Origin: Rhynchobatus australiae
Taxonomy: Eukaryota
DNA: 64,000 nt
Assembly: GCA_034780895.1 (NCBI GenBank)
Contig: JAUZTB010000069.1
Span: 20,733,509-20,797,508, forward strand
Direction: 5' to 3'
Numbering within the stretch: position 1 is the first letter of the stretch; each line of letters begins with the position of its first letter. The notes beneath the pieces were generated by a model. That model was not told the DNA's origin and did no database searches. It worked only from the letters and a program-made list of their open reading frames with translations. Positions 1-12,775 of the stretch are shown here, in pieces. Made by a program: the position numbers and the translations under genes.

Positions 1-59
1 TCCTGACTCCAGTCTTGTATTGGTGTGCTGCATTTGGGTTCTCTGTGAGCTTGCTCTTT

Positions 60-555
60 GCTCAACATTGTGACAGCAGTACTCCAGCTGTGGCCTCACT
101 AATATTTCAATAGTTTTACCATCATCTCCCTGCTCTTATTTCCTATGACTTGGCCAATGAAAAAAAAATCTTCTTAATCATGTGCTTCAGGGATCCATGG
201 ACATGTACAACAAACTCCTCAATTGCTCAGTATTTTCTCGAGTCCCACCATTCAGTTGTATATACCTTAACTGTATTTGTCCTCCTAAATTGTAACACCT
301 CACGTTTTTTTTTTAGGATTAAATTCCATTTAGCTTTTCTCTAGCCATCATACCAACTGATCAATATCATTTTGTAAAGCCAAACACCACCCTCCTCGCT
401 GTCAACAACACCAGCAATCTTCATGTCACCTGCAAATTTGTTAGTATGGGTAACCAACAGTGAGGGTCCCACTAACCATCAGCTCACAGGTTTCCAATTG
501 CAAAAACAACCTTTGACCGTCACCCTCTATCTCCTTATCACCAAGCCAATTTGAT
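60..555 (-). mobile_element. Decayed CR1-type LINE RT fragment
   Basis: Reverse complement near 421-440 gives KFAGD, a decayed FADD motif; the surrounding sequence resembles the other CR1 copies in the window. Confidence 0.65.
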
Positions 556-1381
556 GTAGAACCAATATGGTTTCAAGAGCCATGGAAGGGAAGAAGTAAG
601 GCAGTATTGCCTTTTGGGTGCAATCTTCAGCAAGCACTGATGTACTGCACTGGTTCGTAATCCCATTATGCTCACCTTCTTAACTCCACACCTCCCCAAC
701 TCACTCCACTGCCTTGTGATACTTCTCCTTCAATTGACCCCAACCCATTTTCATTTCTTATCGGTGCAGGAAGAGCAAAATGTTTTTCTTGGAACTGTGA
801 ATCATTAAGCAAAATGAGGTCAAACCACAGAACCACATTATATTGGCTCTTTATCTTCCAGCAAACTTTGAAGTAATTCAAACTTTAACAGTGCTTCCTC
901 ACTCATAAAGACAAATAAAAAATAGCTGCATGCTTCTATTTTTTATCTTGGGAGTTAAAAAAAAACATCAATATTTTTCTTAAAATACTGGTGCACTGAC
1001 CATTGTCAAACCAATGTACTGTTGAACCTTCTCCGGTTCTAAGTTTGGTGTAAGAATGCAGCCAGAGGGAAATAGAGAAAGGAACAATAATGCAATAATG
1101 ATTTATGTTTCACCTGTCCCCCAAATCCAGGTAATTTCTTTTCGTGTGCATGTATTTTGTCGAGATAGGATGAATTGCAACAGAAGTATAAACTAGTTTG
1201 GCATTTGCCCAACAAACAAAGCCTCTGAACCTCAAGGGATAATGGAATAGTGGATTGAGAGAATGAAACAATATTATTGTTCTAAAAGAGTGTAAATGCA
1301 AACTACCTTGAGAAGTGAGACTGCACACGTTCTTTTGAATTGATAAGAAGTGTGAATATGTGCATGGGATGCATGAAACGC

Positions 1382-1417
1382 TTTATTTTTATCAAATCAA
1401 ACGATATATTTATTACA
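1382..1417 (-). promoter_or_regulatory. Candidate distal poly(A) signals of ASTN2
   Basis: Two AATAAA hexamers on the minus strand (1414-1409, overlapped by TGTA, and 1387-1382) near the end of a repeat-free AT-rich stretch. Confidence 0.35.
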
Positions 1418-2399
1418 GTGAAATCCGATCATACTGCTTCATGTCATAATCAATTATCATTGAGTATCAAAACCCATTTCCTATCCAGATGTCTGTAGTT
1501 AATCCCATCATAAGCCAAACTAAATGTTTCTAGTTCAAAGCACCTCAGCGAGCCACAATTAACCAGAATTTAAATGTGCATTCAAATAGCTTCATTCTTC
1601 ATCCAGTATCAACAGCTGCAATTAAATGTTAGTCTGTGAACAATCCTGACACCTAATTCCTTTAAACTCCTCTCACCCTTGCATAATTTCCCCTACCTCA
1701 CCCCCAGTTCATTCATTAATTTAATTTTATAACCTGCTATATCTTCACTTGCTCTTATGAGTCTTACTACACACCTATTTCCCCAAGCATATTCTAGCAA
1801 CCGCTAGCTTCTTGTTCCTTTTAAATGGTTGTACAAATATATATCTGCTCTAGCTCATACGCCCTCTTCAAGAGAAAAATACCTGTAACATCTTACTCCA
1901 TCAAAGCATAAAAAGGAATCAATTACATTATTGATAAATACCTCCTTTATTGAAGTTGATGACACTGGTGTAACCAGATCAAAACTTCAATCTGGTGTCT
2001 TTTGAAAGATATGTTTAGTATCCATGGTTCTGTATTTAATCAAAAAATAGCCAACATATATGATAACTACTACTGTGCACTGGAAACCATTTCACTTTCA
2101 AAGTCATTTATTCTATTTACTTTCAAAGTCTAGGTTAAAGCGTTGTTAGGAAGTTTCAAGCCAGCATTTTACAGCTACCATCAGAAAAATTAAGTCAGTA
2201 TGTATTTTAGAACATCATTGCTTACCATCGTGTACCAATGCACAACTTGTGTTATCAATGGCATTTATTGGTTAGTTAAAGGGGCAAAGAATGTAGGCTT
2301 CCTGCTGGTTTATTTACTAAAGACTACATCCTCAATAAACAATGAAAACTAATTCTTATGCACCTGCCTTTATTTCCCTCAATCTTTCCACCATAAAAG

Positions 2400-2450
2400 G
2401 TAAAAACACTGTGCATTATTAGTGGTACATTGTGCATTTTATTATTTACA
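2400..2450 (-). promoter_or_regulatory. Candidate proximal poly(A) signal of ASTN2
   Basis: Minus strand reads TGTAAAT-AATAAA (2443-2438), then a GTGTTTTT downstream element about 30 nt later; about 0.7 kb after the stop codon. Confidence 0.45.
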
Positions 2451-3145
2451 AGAGTGATTTGTTAATCTGACTTTTGCAAATCGTGAATCGTTAATCATCT
2501 GTCATGACTACATTTCTGAATTAACTGCTAAAAAGTTATTATCTTTATCTGATACTGGTCAGTTGATTGAACTCTGCTCTCAATTAAGGCGGTTAAAATA
2601 ATCAACTCCNNNNNNNNNNNNNNNNNNNNNNNNNNNNNNNNNNNNNNNNNNNNNNNNNNNNNNNNNNNNNNNNNNNNNNNNNNNNNNNNNNNNNNNNNNN
2701 NNNNNNNNNATCAACTCCACCCATGCTTGGTTCAATTTTTATAAACCCATTATTCCTCATATAATTCTGCATCATCTTGTGAAAAAGCTGTGCATTCACT
2801 TCTTCGGTCAAATTATAAAAAGCAAAAAAAAAGTGCTACAACATTTTGTATTAACCTTTCTGGGAATTTTTGGTCAGTTCACTAATTTATGCACTATCTC
2901 AACATCTTGTCTGTTCACTTAACAGTTGATTGGAATTAAGCACTTCACATCAACAATCATGTAGCTCCAGTTGTGTCATTAAACAGTTGGACAAGCACCA
3001 AAGCCTGAAAGGCTTATGTTATACACATGTATTGTCTGATGAAGCTCCCACTATCATTTGAGATGAAGATTCTTTTTTTTTTGCCTTGCTTCTTTTAACA
3101 TTTCAAAAGTTGAGCACACGATTAAAGGTCAGTTGCGAAGTCATC

Positions 3146-3383
3146 TCACCACAATTTAGTGTCTCCGTAGATATTGCGAGGGACGGACATGAGTTTTTCA
3201 TCGCAAGTCACCTTTGCGTCATGTAAGGTGCTATACCAGACCATCCCCGTGGGTCTGGTTTCTTCCATTCGACAGATGAAATACAGAACTGAGTCTATGT
3301 GGCTCTGAATATAGGCACTGTGTAGTAAAGATGCACAGCGGTCACTTACGGTGTCCAGTCGTTTTAGAATCAGGTGAGCTTTT
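3146..3383 (-). CDS. ASTN2: Astrotactin-2, last coding exon (238 bp including TGA)
   Basis: Encodes (R)KAHLILKRLDTVSDRCASLLHSAYIQSHIDSVLYFICRMEETRPTGMVWYSTLHDAKVTCDEKLMSVPRNIYGDTKLW*, matching the recalled ASTN2 C-terminus. Polypyrimidine tract and ctgcAG at 3385-3384. AG+A gives Arg with the previous exon (phase 2). Stop at 3148-3146. Confidence 0.97.
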
Positions 3384-4899
3384 CTGCAGCAAGAAATAAA
3401 AAGGGAGGGAGGGAGGAACAACAAATATGATCACCTTATTCTGGTATTATTTTGAAATTTGAGGCTAATGCTTTCATTTCCATATCTCATATCTTTCAAC
3501 ACAAAATAGATTTTAATGAAAATGGGCTCTTAACTGCATTATTTTAGTGACATGACCCTCTTTTAAATAGAACACTCTGTTCATCTGAGTATAGACAGGG
3601 ACTGGAATTGGCCTCTCATCTAAAGGGCAACTGAGGACATCAGCTTGTGCACTCGAACCTCTCCCCACAAGCACACATACACACGCACAACGTTCAGAAA
3701 CTGTTTGCATTCCCCTGTTGTGAAGGCGACTGCTCTCTAACTTTTACTGAATTCAGTCTTAAGCTGGCTGCTGGGTGAGTGACAGTAGCTCAGTGTTACT
3801 CCTGTTCCCACCTCTCTGTGTTAGGCACTCCCCTGGAATAGAGACAAAAGGGCACTGGAAACCCACTCTCCCACTGTGTGGCTTATATTGATCATTTTCC
3901 AGGTTCCATTACTTTAGAAAATGAGTATGAATTAGTAAGGGGGGCTGTGGGAAGAAATATTCAGTTGTGTTTCGTAAATCTGCTTTTGAACACAGACCAA
4001 CCCATACTAAGGTGTGACTGCCAACAGTTCCTGCTGATATTACAGCTCCTTTGAAAATTGCAGGAAGAGTTAATTCCATAAAACATGTGTCAACCACTGC
4101 AAGGGAAAATTCTACATAAGGAAATTATTTGGTTTTCCTTAGTTACTTAAATATTGTGTATAAACATGTCACACTTCCAGCTTCTTGAAATATAAAGTTT
4201 TTTTTGTGCTACTGGTGTATAGTTGTGCAGTTGTTTTCTTTTCTCCATATGTTTGCCTGGAACTTTTAGAATAGTTAGAATAATAGGAAAACTCGATACC
4301 AATAATAATAGATATACTTGACCAAATCTTTGCAGTAGCCTTGGATATATTTTCTGTGGTATATTCAAGTGAATCCTTGGCATAAATTAGGTTTTTTTTT
4401 AAGAAGTATTTTTTTTCCAAGGAAAGAAAACTGGTTCCTTTTTTTGGTCGTTCAAGAATTTTTCACGCTAGAGCTTCAAGACGTCATATTTAGGGAATTA
4501 ATTGGCAAGTTTACTAAGCTTAGCCGCATGAGGGAGCTAAGCGTCCGTTGTCATTGGCCCAGAAAGTTTCAGGGACCGTGCCATTTCAACATGTGTCATC
4601 TGAGGTCTGTAATTCCCCCTTTGCCAATTCCCCAGATGATATATTCAGTAGATATTAGCCATTAATATAACACAAATTTTAAATTAAAAAATAAAATGCA
4701 ATATTATTCATTATTTTTTCAAATTTAATTTACTCTGGACCATATGGATAAACAGAATAATTCCATATTTTCTTCCAAATGCAATTGGAATAACCTGATC
4801 AAAGATGTGTACTTATTTACATGAGGAAAGATTATACTGAATGAAAATATGAAAATATTCCAGAAAACCTTATGAATTCATTAACTTTTTTGGGGAGTG

Positions 4900-5125
4900 G
4901 CATCACTGCGAAGACCTCTATTTACTGTCCATCCCCAGATGTCCTTGGTGAGCCATCCTTTGGAACCACCACCATCCCAGTCAGGCTGAATCACTCCCAC
5001 TGTGTTGCAAGGTTGAGGGCTTCCTTGCTTAGATCCAGTAACAATGAATGAATGGTGATCTATTTCCACATCAGGATGGTGTTAGACTTCGATGGGAACT
5101 TGCAAGGTGTTCCCATGTGCACAGA
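4900..5125 (-). mobile_element. Old L2/CR1-group LINE 3' fragment
   Basis: Reverse complement of the element at 52225-52480 and 63780-63940 (cacatgggaacacc...caagttccc...cacaccatcctga). Confidence 0.5.
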
Positions 5126-5264
5126 AATATTTTTCAGCCTTTGCGTTTAGTTCGAAATCTTTCTTGAAGGTCTTTTCACACAACATCGAGTAAAATGACT
5201 TGCCCTGAGGATAATCCTGAAGAAGAACATAATATAGACTTTGGCTGTTGTGCCAAAGGATCAG

Positions 5265-5525
5265 ACAGCTCAATAGTCTTTGGCCCATTGAGTCCGCACT
5301 AACCATCGAACACTTACTTACACTAATCCCATTTCAGTCAACTTCCCCAATTTCTACCACTCACACAAGGGAAAATTTACAGTAGCTAATTAACCTACTA
5401 ACTCACAAATCTTTTTGGACCAGGAGAAACCTGCACGTCACAGGGAGAATGTGCAAACTCTACACATACAGCACAGGAAGTCAGAATCAAACCTGTGTCC
5501 CTGGAGCTGTGAGGCAGACTGTGTG
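5265..5525 (-). mobile_element. V-SINE (HE1-like), decayed
   Basis: cacagggagaatgtgcaaactc is the reverse complement of the V-domain core; tRNA-like head towards 5520. Confidence 0.7.
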
Positions 5526-6369
5526 TCGTCCTGTGAATGGTGGACATTAAGTTCTTTACTTTCAGNNNNNNNNNNNNNNNNNNNNNNNNNNNNNNNNNNN
5601 NNNNNNNNNNNNNNNNNNNNNNNNNNNNNNNNNNNNNNNNNNNNNNNNNNNNNNNNNNNNNNNNNTGAATGGTGGACATTAAGTTCTTTACTTTCAGGAT
5701 TAGTCAAGTACAAGCCCAAAATCAGAACATGTTTATCATGAAGACAGTATTTTTTGAACAATTGTATTTTTTTTAGCAAAATATAAAAGCAGTCTTCATC
5801 GGAACAACAAACCTAAGGAACAAAATAAGATTTCATTAAAAAATTTTCACATTCACCAATTTGACTGTTAATAAGTTAACTACATAAGAAATGAAGGGCC
5901 ATCTCATGGTAATTGTTTACATCTAGCGCTTCAAGGTCACTGGTTAGAGGTTGTAGAAGGACAATAACATTGCAGGCTTCCAAGTACCTTAAAGACATTT
6001 TATAACATGACTCATCTGGAACGTGCAACAGGTGACAAGGATTTGTTTATTATAATTGAAAGCAAACTACTGGTGATGACATTACACAACATGGTGCCAG
6101 AAAGTAGTCTGAACAGTTACATCAATTTTAAGTGAGCTTTAATTTGGAAAACTGTCTTGCTGTTGAAAACCACCACTTGGATTGCTGTACAAATGGAGAA
6201 ATGCACAGACAAAGAACCTGACAAGAGCACAGGCTACTGCAGATGCAAGTTCTATGGTCAGCAAGGAACAGTGAGGTAAAGTTGCAGCTCTGTTTAAAGG
6301 AATTGGAAAGCTATAGGGTGGGTAAGAGTAGCAGCCAGGAGCACATCCTCCAAGAAGTGTTCTAGTTAA

Positions 6370-6655
6370 GACAAGATTTCTTTATTAGTCACATGTACAT
6401 CGAAACACACAGTGAAATGATTCTTTGCGCAGAGTGTTCTGGGGGCAGCCCACAAGTGTCGCCACTCTTCCGGCGCCAACACAGCACGCCCACAACTTCC
6501 TAACCCGTACATCTTCAGAATGTGGGAGGAAACCGGAGCACCCGGAAGAAACCCACGCAGACACGGGGAGAACGTACAAACTCCCTACTGACACCGGCCG
6601 GAATTGAACCCGGGTCGCTGTCACTGTAATAGCATTATGCTAACCGCTACACTAC
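6370..6655 (-). mobile_element. Young V-SINE with a non-CR1 (Rex1-like) tail
   Basis: Minus strand: tRNA-like head (gtagtgtagcggttagc...gacccgggttcaattcc), V-domain (gagtttgtacgttctccccgtgtctgcgtgggtttcttccgggtgctccggtttcctcccaca), tail ttcactgtgtgtttcgatgtacatgtgactaataaag. CpGs are retained. Confidence 0.9.
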
Positions 6656-6989
6656 GACATAATCTCCACATTTCGAAAAGAGTTGAACTTAGGTAAGGGA
6701 TACCTTTACAAAAGTCTAGTTTTCTGCTTGTCTCAGCCCACCTTCAATGGAATCACTGTCATATACCCTCCACCATTTAACACCCCAGCGGTCAACATTC
6801 AACAGCAGTGGCACTGGAAAAGTCATATCCACAACCTGATCACAAGATTCGTGTTGAGGTTGGGGAACCTGCGACAGATGACTCACCTGCTTCCTCATTT
6901 TCTCAATGGCCCTCCACTACCTACAACCGTCCTGTCACTGAAGAAAGGAACACCAATACAGGACCTGCATGAGGACGACCCCAAGAAAC

Positions 6990-7280
6990 AGGCAGCACAG
7001 TGGTACACCTTGGCGCTATCTGCGTGAGCTTGAACATTCTCCCCGTGATCACATGTGTTTTCTCAGGGTGCTCCAATTTCCCTCCACATCCCAAAGATGT
7101 ACCGGTTGGCAGGTTATTTGGCAATCTAGTGTGTAGGTGAGCGGGAGAGTCTGGGGAAAGTTGATAAGAATGTGGTGAGAATAAAATAAGATGAATGTAG
7201 GATCAGTGTAAATGGGTGGTTGATGGTTAGCCCAGACTTGATGGGCCAAAGAGCCTGTTTCCATGCTTGATTCTATGAAC
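6990..7280 (+). mobile_element. V-SINE (HE1-like) with CR1/HER1 tail
   Basis: V-domain ttctccccgtgatc...gggtgctcc...ccacatcccaaagatgt; tail tgggccaaagagcctgtttccatgct. Confidence 0.8.
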
Positions 7281-7974
7281 GCTCAACCACAGGTTGCTAA
7301 TCTGCTCCCTGGCAACTGAAATCAGCATCAGCCATCTTCATAACTGAAGAATGGTAGCAACTCAGCAAGCTTGCTTCAACCACACCTCGATGCCATGAAA
7401 TTATCCGCTATCATTGTGGGGTCAGAGGTCAATTCTTCACTCACCACCATCTTGTGGAGAGGTGGCTGGCAACCCTCATCCATACCTATCTTCTGTGGGT
7501 GACTTGGAACAAGCTATGAAGCCTTGCCAGTGTTTCGCCAGGAAAAATACTTTAAAAAACATATTTCTAAGCATATGAAAAGCAATAAAACCAATGGGAA
7601 ACAAACGAAAAATGGAAAAAAAATCTACAAGGAAGGCCAAGAGTAGTTGCCTTGAAAATGCTTTGAACACGGTCCTACCTGGAGATTTGCCTGTGGCCTT
7701 GCCAGGTTTTACTGACATGCTGGAGACTGTCTGTCCAGCACAGCCTTGGTTGTGTTCCAAACCTTTCCAAAACCCTTTTCTGCCCCTCTTAACACAGCTC
7801 CTGCCTGCTTCCTGTGCAAGCTTCAGTTGTTTGTCAAAGATGGTCAGGCAGGACCTAAATCATGCAAGTTTCCATTATATTAACTTCCAGTGAATTTTCA
7901 TTCCTTCATCACCTTGCAACTGTGTAAAGTTGGAGTAGGAATAGCATCAATTTTCTGCATCACATGCAGAAAGT

Positions 7975-8680
7975 AATCAGGAAGGCAAATGGTCTGCTAG
8001 TCTTCAGTGGAAGAGGATTTGAGTACAGAGTGCATGGACCTTTTCCTGAAATTATATGGGATACAGGTGTGACTGCAAATGGAATATTGTGTACAAGGAC
8101 TTCCNNNNNNNNNNCCTATCAAAGGAAGGGTATACTGTGATAGAGGGAGTGCAGTGAAGATTCACCAGAATGATTCCCAAGATGCAAGGAGGCAAAAAGC
8201 AGAATTAAATGATTAGGAGAGTGAAAGGTGATTTAACTGAAACATACAGTATTTTTTCATGGGGACTGACAGGATAGATGTCGGGTCAATGTTTCACCTG
8301 CCTAGAATCAAGGATCACAGTCTTAGAATAAGGGAGTTGACCATGCAGAGTCTGAGGTGAGAAGAATTTTCTATCCAGGAGGATTGAGGAAGCTCAGTCA
8401 CTGAGTATATTCAACGCAAAGAGCGATAGATAGATTTTTAGATATGAAAGGAATCAAGGGATATGGAGTTAGAGTTGGAAAATGGTGTTGAGGTAGAAAA
8501 AAATTCAGTCCTACTTGTGAATAGCACAGCNNNNNNNNNNNNNNNNNNNNNNNNNNNNNNNNNNNNNNNNNNNNNNNNNNNNNNNNNNNNNNNNNNNNNN
8601 NNNNNNNNNNNNNNNNNNNNNNNNNNNNNNACAGCAGGTGTGAGGGGCCAGGCAGTCTAATCCTGCTGCTGCTACTTCTC
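7975..8680 (+). mobile_element. CR1-type LINE 3' fragment
   Basis: gagggagtgcagtgaagattcaccagaatgattccc corresponds to the E.VQRRFTRMIP motif; ggaatcaagggatatgg 3' region. Contains gaps. Confidence 0.8.
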
Positions 8681-10289
8681 AGGAAAATTGATTTTTCAAC
8701 TGCTTTATATGGGGGAAGAAACAAGTGGTCAGTTTGACTGTTGTGTGTGAACAAAATATGAAATGACCCACCCCACCTCCACATACCAGATACAGTGTCC
8801 CACCGTAACAATTAACTTAAAGATTGACTTAAGAGATGGGTAAAAACAAAGCTTTTCTTTTTTTATTCTCTATTTCATTACAACAGAATTAACACAGTTC
8901 AATGGCATTTAACGTCTAATAGAATAATCAGTTTAGTAATCTATCTACGAAGGTAATTCCTTGTTAAGTCTATCAGGGCAGCGCATGATAACGAAATCAT
9001 TGATGAAAGCAGCTCCAAGTGATAGAAATAAATTATTTGTTTTTCGTTTTTTCTTCTTTCCAAAACTCCCCTCCATCTTTTATTTCCTTTTCTCTTTTTT
9101 TGGGTTTTCTTTTCTTGTAACCCTCATTACATTAGCAGTTAAAACATGAAAAAGGAATTCACAATGGCCCACATTACAAAATGGACTGTTTAGTACTGAT
9201 TCTAACATACAATCTATTTACAATCAAAGTCCAGAATTAACTGAGAGGCAGAAACACTTTATTTGTCTCAAATCACTTTGAAGTACCCTGAGATTTTGAA
9301 ATGTACCATATAAATGCAAGTTTTTTAGTCTCTGAAGGAATATTTCGAAAAGGTGCCAAGACATGTGAAATACCCTTGTTATCTTCTGAATTTGGCCAAT
9401 TTCAAGTTTTCGTGTTTAGTTAGTGGTGGAATTGTTACTCATTGTTAATTAAAAAAGCATTATAACTGGTACTTTATTCCTTTATATAACCACCACAGAA
9501 TTTGTAGTAGTTTTGTTTGAAAGGCGGTGATACAAAACCTGACATATTCGCAATTCAAACTATGTGTTATAGCAATGCTTTGGTGCAAACGGCATGAATT
9601 CCCCACAGCCGTCTATAATCCAGCGCTGCCTCCAACAAAGATCTTATTACCTGAAGAGTAATTATAGTCTCTCACATAAGCAGCACGATTTATGAGTAGC
9701 TGAAGAGAACCTTGCCAAAGAGCACACCAAGAAAGGGGTAGAGAGTGCAGAGTGGTGGGTGAGTGAGGGGAAAGTGTGTTTGCTGTAGCTCAGTCACATA
9801 AGAAAACACTTACAGCAAATTGCCAGATGAAGCACCCCTAACCTTCTTTCAGATTTGAGTTGCTATGGTAGGTTTAAATAACATCGCACGTGCTGGGTTG
9901 CAGTGAAGGTTGATTAAATGAAATTAATTTTAAAAGAAGATTGATTGCTTGAATATTCACAAGGAGCCTGAGCCAGGTAAATAGAATATTCATGGGATAG
10001 AATTAGGGGAGCTGAGGCTCAATTTCTTGCAAGCTTTTTAATTATAGGGTGTGCACTAAATGATTAGAATATAAGAAATATTATTCAGATTTAAAAAGGC
10101 AGAAGTCAGAAATCAGATATTCAGATTTAACGACCTGCCAGTTCGACACCTATGGTAAAGAAAAATTAGAGAGATATTATAAAGGTAAGAATGCAAGTGC
10201 TTTAAAACAGAACAAAGGCTACAATTCAAAGCAACTCAGCCTTTGAAAAGTAGTTTAGACTTAACACAAATCATTAGAAAAGTCCTTTG

Positions 10290-10400
10290 AACATGTAACA
10301 GACTTGATGAATGGAGGGAATGTTTTGGATATCACTTAACTACAATTTCAGAAGAGATTTGATAAAGGGCTTTGCAAGAATTGTGGATAAATAGGCAACG
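10290..10400 (+). mobile_element. Very old CR1 RT remnant
   Basis: Translates to DIT*LQFQKRFDK, resembling the CR1 motif DVVYLDFQKAFDK. Confidence 0.45.
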
Positions 10401-11264
10401 AAGGAAAGATAGTGTCAAATGGTAACAATTTAAATTATAAAACTGTCATCAGTTGAGATGCTTGGGTTGAGGAGATTGCAATACTTGGTGATGTTACTAA
10501 TGAAGCTGTCAAATCTATGATTTCCACGTTTTCTAATTGCTCTCTGGAGAAAGGTTGGTACTAATGTTCAGAAAAGCATGAAAGTTAAGGGGTAAGTTAC
10601 CTTGACACAGAATATGCATTTGCTCTCTGGGCTTCCATTCGAGCCTGCATTAGTAGCTGCAACAGGTAGTGCAGTTTGGCGTCAGCCTCCTTGGCACATC
10701 ACACCCCCTCAGACCAAGGCGCAGAAGGTGTCCCCTCCATTTGCTGCACCTGTATCCTTTGCCCCAGTATTGGGTAAACACTATCCAAATGGGCCCCTTA
10801 GTCCATAGTGAAAGGTTCCCAAGACTGGGTGCATATTTTCAGGCCTGCGGCTGGGTGAATGAGTTCACAGTGACGTCCACAGCAACATGCTACAAGTGTA
10901 TAAACCACTGGAGTCTTTGAGTTAAGCCTGGAGAGTTCCAGGTATGGTGTCACCATGAGCATTGCTCCCTTTCTCCCATCTATTCTCGCTCTCCCCTCTC
11001 TGCATTGATGTTCTTCTTCTTTCTCCAGGCCTAAGGACTGATCTTTCAGAAAACCCAGGGCTAAATTTGATTGCCCCTCAAAACAAGGCTGATATGTCAT
11101 TCATGTCCATTCAGTGGAATCTGGGCAGCTTGACAACCTCATGCTGTTTGCTCACTTCCATTTTTATAGCTGTGAGTCTGCACTGCTCATAGATTGAATA
11201 CTTCATCACCGCATTAATATGGAGAGTTACAGCACCAGTTCAAACTAGCTATTTTTCACATTTT

Positions 11265-11570
11265 TTGGGGGATGTTGGTTTCTCTGAGCTGGCAGCATTT
11301 ATGCTAATTGCCCTTGAAAAATTGGTGGTGAGACACCTCTTTGAACCACTGAGTGGTTATGATACAATGGAGCAGTTATGACCCGGCTGTGCTATTCCCA
11401 ACCCATGTCAGAAGGTGAACAGTGGTTCTGGGGTCACAGAGAGGCCAGACTGGATAAGGATGGTGGATTTCTTCCCATGAAAAGCACTGATGAACCAGAT
11501 AGTTTGACCACAATCTGGTAGCTTCACAGTTGGTGCATTCATTTCAATTTTCCAAAATTTCCTGGATTCA
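11265..11570 (-). mobile_element. tRNA-derived SINE with gggcaattag-type tail, decayed
   Basis: gcagcatttatgctaattgcccttga and ggggtcacagagaggccagact are reverse complements of motifs in the element at 29262-29990 and the tail at 52430. Confidence 0.55.
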
Positions 11571-11589
11571 GAGAAGGTTCCAATAGATG

Positions 11590-11850
11590 GAAAATGTAAT
11601 TCCTTCATTCAAAATGGGATAAGGAAAGTGGGAAACTAAAAGCCAGACAGCTTACAATTTGCCATGGGGAACAATGTTATAAGTCATTATTAAAAGTCAT
11701 TATTAAAGCACTTTGAAAAATTCAAGGTAATCAGGCAAAGTCAATGTGGTTTTTGAAAGGGAAACCATGCTGGAGCGAATCATTGGAGTTGTTTAAAGAA
11801 GGAAATTTGTTGTGGATAAAGGGGAATTGGTGGATGAACTAATCCGGGTG
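11590..11850 (+). mobile_element. CR1-type LINE RT fragment
   Basis: agtcaatgtggttttt-gaaagggaaaccatgc and gtggataaaggggaattggtggatg correspond to SQHGF.KG.SC and VDKG..VD. Confidence 0.65.
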
Positions 11851-12374
11851 TTCAGGGAGTGGTTCTCCAATCTGAACCCACTCAAGAACAACTTGTGGTA
11901 TGTCTGTGCTTCATTAAGAATGGCTCCTTTGAAATTTGCTACCTGTTGCAGCCGTGACTGAAAGCTCAGAACAGAGCATGGACGAGTTATTGCTGTCAAA
12001 GTGACAGTGATAATGAAGACTTGTATGTCTGGCTGCTTGCAAGACAGAACGAGAGATATACGCAACATCTCATAGTGTTGCATAAGAGAAGTTCCTGTAT
12101 TCAAAGTGAGCTGGCCAGATTTCATTCTCTCTTGCCAGAAACCAGCAGGCAAAGAGAACAAGTGGCTGTATGAAGTCAACTGGCTTCCTCTTTAGTGCAG
12201 AGTGCCACTGATTATGTGTAGGCTATGATATTATAATGTGACAGAGAATGAATAACGAGATGCTTGGACTAGCAATCCAGAGAGATGAGTCCAAATCTCA
12301 CCGCAGGCCTACTGTGGAATTTAAGTTTAGTACTTTAAATGAAGTGGTTTTTTTTAATGTCTTAGAAATGTGTA

Positions 12375-12775
12375 TGAATATAAAATTAGGAGCAGGAACA
12401 GGCCATTCATCCTTTGAGCCTGCTCCACCTTTCAATAAGACTGTGGCCAATCCAACTGTAAACCTCAACTCTGCATTCCAATCTATTGCTAAAAACATTT
12501 CACCCTCTTGCTTATCAAGAATCTGTCTACCTCTGCCTTAAAAATGTTCAAAGACTCTGCTTTCACTGCCCTTTGAGGAGTTCCAAAGACTCACATTCCA
12601 TTGAGAGGAAAAAAAAATCACCTTAACTCTCTTAAACGAATGCCACCTTATTTTTAAATAGTTCTAAATTTTCCCGCAAGAGGAAACATCTTCTTTGCAG
12701 CCATGTCCAGACTCCTCAGAATCTTAATGTTTCAAACATGTTTTCTAAGTTCCAGTGGATGCAAGCCAAGCCAAG
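12375..12775 (-). mobile_element. CR1-type LINE 3' end
   Basis: Tail aggagcaggaacaggccattc...gagcctgctccacc is shared with 28492, 46290, 47860 and 53488. Confidence 0.75.

Noticed and set aside
1-3100. PAPPA exons expected downstream from mammalian synteny
   Set aside because: No PAPPA-like coding sequence is visible.
5534-5697. Direct repeats flanking 100-N gaps (also near 2601, 23811, 30794, 33700, 51897, 52997, 55304)
   Set aside because: Identical or near-identical sequence on both sides of fixed 100-N gaps is typical of overlapping contig ends in scaffolding, not biological repeats or target-site duplications.
10600-11190. GC-richer stretch with several short ORFs (also about 14800-16400)
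   Set aside because: Possibly decayed DNA-transposon sequence, but no motif is strong enough to support a call.
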